DNA of 64,000 nucleotides from Alphaproteobacteria bacterium (GTDB lineage Bacteria; Pseudomonadota; Alphaproteobacteria; RF32; CAG-239): NCBI GenBank assembly GCA_028706255.1, contig JAQWBS010000001.1, positions 199,411 to 263,410 of the forward strand, read 5' to 3'. Shown piece by piece: positions 61,415 to 64,000 of this stretch (position 1 is its first letter; each line of letters starts with the position of its first letter). The notes under the pieces were generated by a model. It saw only the letters and a program-made list of their open reading frames with translations, ran no database searches and was not told where the DNA came from. The position numbers and the translations under genes were made by a program.

Positions 61415-64000
61415 ATGAAAAATCTTAAATATTTGATTTATTCATTGACAATCTTATTCATCGCCGCTTTTGCGACAGAAGGACAAGCCCAATGTAACAG
61501 CACTTCTCCGCTGGCAACTTGTGCCCCTTCGCTTAATGTTGTTGAAGAAAAAGTTGTGATACAAAAAAGAATTGTCAGACATAATAGTCAGGACGTTGTC
61601 TATAAAAATCAACCGAGACAAGTTCAGCAACAACAAAACACGACCGAATTCGGCAGACCTAACAATGCACGAGGTTTCAAACAAACTTACCACAATCCAA
61701 AAGACGGCAGTATCTTCCCGGGTGGTCGTTGTGATGGTGGTTCTTGTAAAGACGGTAGCATGTTTGGCGGGGGGTGCTCAATTCCTAAGGGAAAATGTTA
61801 TAAAGCATGTAAAGGTCAATGCACTAGCCCAATGAAGGGAACTTGTGAAAAATCTTGCCGTTCTTGCTTCCAATGCGACCGTGCAAGAGGCTTATTCTCT
61901 GCAAGTTGTTCAGCCGCACAGAACACAACAGATTTAACAAATGATTCTGTTGAAAAAGCAACACATCTCAGAACATATGTCGACACAGCTCAAGATTCAA
62001 TTTACGATGCTATTCATAAATGTAAAGATTTGTCTTCGCTTGAATTGAAATATGTCGATTTTCGTATCAAACGTGACCAAAAATATACAGGATTCACCAA
62101 CAAACTTGGAAAATATCGCTTCCGCATTTTCGGTTGCCGTCGTTTTGATAAAGATGCAGTCTTAAATCATGGTCGCATTATGCAAAAAGACCTTCAGTTC
62201 ATCAACATTTTCGATGATATGATGAGCGATTGCTATAATATTGTTAAAACACCAAATGATTTATGTGAAGAAAACAACAATAAACCAATTCCGCAGTATG
62301 TTCTAACCGCAGAAATCACAGATTATTTTATGAATGTTTGCGATGAATATAGCTGGGAAAAATCTGAAAAGAAAGATGCTCGTAAAGGCTCTTCAGAAAT
62401 GACTGTTACATGGAGATTAACCGATGCAACTGGCACAAAAGTTGTTTGGAAAGGAGAATCAACAGGTTATGCAGAAATTGATGAAGGGGAATATAATGGC
62501 GAAATCGTTCTCATTGAAAGAGCTTTTGCTGATGCCGTAAATTCACTTCGTAACCTTCCTGGCTTTGACGACCAATTGGCAAAGAGAGTGAGCGATGAAG
62601 AACTTGCAAAACAACGCAAAGAACTCATTGAACTGGAAAAAATTGCAAACCCTGTTAAATGTGCATACAAAGAAGAAATCAAAATTGCTCAAGAAGAAAA
62701 GCTTTGTGGCATCAAAAAAGTTTGCTACGACGTAGACACTTGCACAGGTGAAGAAGTTGGCAAAACAGAAACCGACATCAAAGTTGAAGAAAAATTCGAA
62801 ATTATTGAAGATGGTGGTAGTAGATCCACAGCATCAATTATTCCTGAAAAGAATGAAATTGATGAAAATAGTGGCTACACAGCTTCTGGTATTGGTGGAT
62901 TTGACCAAAATGAAACGGTTGAAGTTGATGAAAAAATCATTGATGAAAATAGTGGTTACACTGCTTCTGGCATCGGCGGATTTGAGAAGGGAGATTCTGT
63001 TGAATTCAGTGAAAAAGTCATTGATGAAAATAGTGGTTATGTCGCCTCTGGGTCTGGCGGATTGGGTGTGTCATCATCATCAAGTATAAGCCAAAATGTA
63101 ATTGACGAAAACAGTGGCTTCTCTTCTGCTGGTGGTGGCTTCATGGTTGATGGCGACACCATAACCTTTGAAGTTGTTGACGAGATTGACGAACAAGGTG
63201 GTTCTTTCTCCTCTGCCTCTAGCGAAGAATTTTGGATTGATGTGCCTTTAGAAGAAGAACAAACAACTATTGAACAAAGAACAGTCGTTGAAGAAAGCTT
63301 CTATAATGACAAAGACGCTCTCTGCATTCTCGACCGTGCTCCTTACGATTCTTTAACACCAGAAAATCTCTATAAAGTGAGAGCCTCTATTGTTAAAATC
63401 GCTAATGTAAACGGCAAAGAAGCTTCCGGTTTGATTATCTCTGATCAATTTGTGATGACTTCTGCAGACATCATTGTCAAAGAACATAATGTCTATAATT
63501 TGGAAACAATTAATGGCGTAAAATTCAAAGCGAGTGCTTTCAGAATTAACCCTGAAAAGAATGTTGCACTGCTTGTTCTTGATGCCAAAACAATGTATAG
63601 ACCATTATCTCTTAACCTTGATTTACCTCAAATTGGTCAAAATTCTTTCTTAACGCTTGGCTTGTTGAACTTCTCAAAAGGGGATGGCACAGAAGGAAAA
63701 TTAGACAACAGAACAACCATCACAAGCTATCGCTATGGTAAAGATGAATCTGTTGAAATTGTTGCCAATACTAACATTCAAAAATCAACAATTGGTGGCG
63801 TTCTGATTGATAAATATGGCACAATCAGTGGTATGTCTAATCGTGACTATAAAGTTGAGAATAATGACCTGTTTATTCCAATCTCAGATGCGTTAAAAGG
63901 TGTGGGCCTGAGCATTTGCGGAAAACCATTCCCAACTCAAAAAGTTGAATGGTATGACCGTGCAACAACCCCAATTGCTGATGCAATTGACAATTATAAA
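61415..64000 (+). CDS. large secreted protein: signal peptide, Cys-rich region, central domain, acidic 27-aa tandem repeats, trypsin-like (S1/Trypsin_2-type) domain with substituted catalytic positions; 3' end beyond window
   Basis: Absent from the ORF track because there is no stop before the window end. Manual translation from ATG 61415 stays open for 862 codons: MKNLKYLIYSLTILFIAAFATEGQA-QC... It contains CDGGSCKDGSMFGGGCSIPKGKCYKACKGQCTSPMKGTCEKSCRSCFQC, four repeats of IDENSGY.ASG.GGF, and ASGLIISDQFVMTSADII ... NVALLVLD ... STIGGVLIDKYGTISGM. Confidence 0.8.
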   Translation, partial: MKNLKYLIYSLTILFIAAFATEGQAQCNSTSPLATCAPSLNVVEEKVVIQKRIVRHNSQDVVYKNQPRQVQQQQNTTEFGRPNNARGFKQTYHNPKDGSIFPGGRCDGGSCKDGSMFGGGCSIPKGKCYKACKGQCTSPMKGTCEKSCRSCFQCDRARGLFSASCSAAQNTTDLTNDSVEKATHLRTYVDTAQDSIYDAIHKCKDLSSLELKYVDFRIKRDQKYTGFTNKLGKYRFRIFGCRRFDKDAVLNHGRIMQKDLQFINIFDDMMSDCYNIVKTPNDLCEENNNKPIPQYVLTAEITDYFMNVCDEYSWEKSEKKDARKGSSEMTVTWRLTDATGTKVVWKGESTGYAEIDEGEYNGEIVLIERAFADAVNSLRNLPGFDDQLAKRVSDEELAKQRKELIELEKIANPVKCAYKEEIKIAQEEKLCGIKKVCYDVDTCTGEEVGKTETDIKVEEKFEIIEDGGSRSTASIIPEKNEIDENSGYTASGIGGFDQNETVEVDEKIIDENSGYTASGIGGFEKGDSVEFSEKVIDENSGYVASGSGGLGVSSSSSISQNVIDENSGFSSAGGGFMVDGDTITFEVVDEIDEQGGSFSSASSEEFWIDVPLEEEQTTIEQRTVVEESFYNDKDALCILDRAPYDSLTPENLYKVRASIVKIANVNGKEASGLIISDQFVMTSADIIVKEHNVYNLETINGVKFKASAFRINPEKNVALLVLDAKTMYRPLSLNLDLPQIGQNSFLTLGLLNFSKGDGTEGKLDNRTTITSYRYGKDESVEIVANTNIQKSTIGGVLIDKYGTISGMSNRDYKVENNDLFIPISDALKGVGLSICGKPFPTQKVEWYDRATTPIADAIDNYK
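62858..63220 (+). repeat. in-frame 81-bp tandem repeat (about 4.4 copies) inside the large secreted-protein gene
   Basis: Units start at 62858, 62939, 63020, 63101 and 63185 (partial). Each begins ATTGA(T/C)GAAAA(T/C)AGTGG and encodes IDENSG(Y/F)..S(G/A)(I/S/G)GG(F/L) followed by a variable acidic half. Confidence 0.9.

Noticed and set aside
61454-63089. Four track ORFs (61454-61693 minus, 61572-61835 plus, 62467-62682 minus, 62748-63089 plus).
   Set aside because: All are out of frame with, and nested in, the 862-codon open frame starting at 61415. That frame has a signal peptide and recognisable domains.
1-64000. Scan of all intergenic gaps for tRNA, rRNA, tmRNA, riboswitch-like or IS-element sequences.
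   Set aside because: No cloverleaf-like GC-rich segments, rRNA-like stretches, inverted-repeat-bounded transposase genes or recognisable riboswitch cores were seen. This absence is by eye only and should be confirmed with tRNAscan and Infernal.

Overview
Dense, AT-rich (by eye, not computed) bacterial chromosomal segment. I annotate 64 protein-coding genes, two of which run off the window edges and are therefore missing from the ORF track. I saw no rRNA, tRNA, CRISPR array, transposase, integrase or prophage genes. Gene content and order suggest a reduced, probably host-associated alphaproteobacterium (Rickettsiales/Holosporales-like; this is inference). The supporting genes are rimP-nusA-ylxR-infB-rbfA, truB-rpsO-pnp, rpsF-rpsR-rplI without priB, an ATP12 chaperone, DUF2336, CarD/CdnL, ApaG, a TyrC-type dehydrogenase, AmpG, LptG and AsmA. 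Most of the window is housekeeping: translation, RNA modification, nrdAB, accA, rmuC, ychF, pth and pnp. Six things are not ordinary. (1) A minus-strand module (7655-13065) encodes a SPOR-domain lipoprotein, a pentapeptide-repeat protein and an orphan VirD4/TraG-like coupling ATPase. It is fused into a housekeeping gene string, and no other secretion or conjugation genes are in view. (2) A family of about 85-100 nt imperfect palindromic intergenic repeats has five copies at four loci (20.1, 25.8-26.0, 29.1 and 31.1 kb), and the stem changes between copies are compensatory. (3) The conserved rplY-pth-ychF cluster is interrupted by four lineage-specific ORFs, each with its own terminator. One of these ORFs is an internally duplicated protein and another is weakly kinase-like. 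(4) A large secreted protein (61415 to beyond 64000) has a Cys-rich region, four to five 81-bp (27-aa) tandem repeats, and a trypsin-like domain in which all three catalytic positions appear substituted. (5) A yejA/yejB-type transporter locus is interrupted by an SGNH hydrolase, a repeat- and palindrome-rich spacer and an orphan HigA-type HTH gene. It lacks yejE/yejF in this window. (6) The usual nusA-infB-rbfA-truB-rpsO-pnp supraoperon is split, and orphan ORFs and repeat copies sit at the break points. All protein calls come from motif recognition by eye. No database search was possible.
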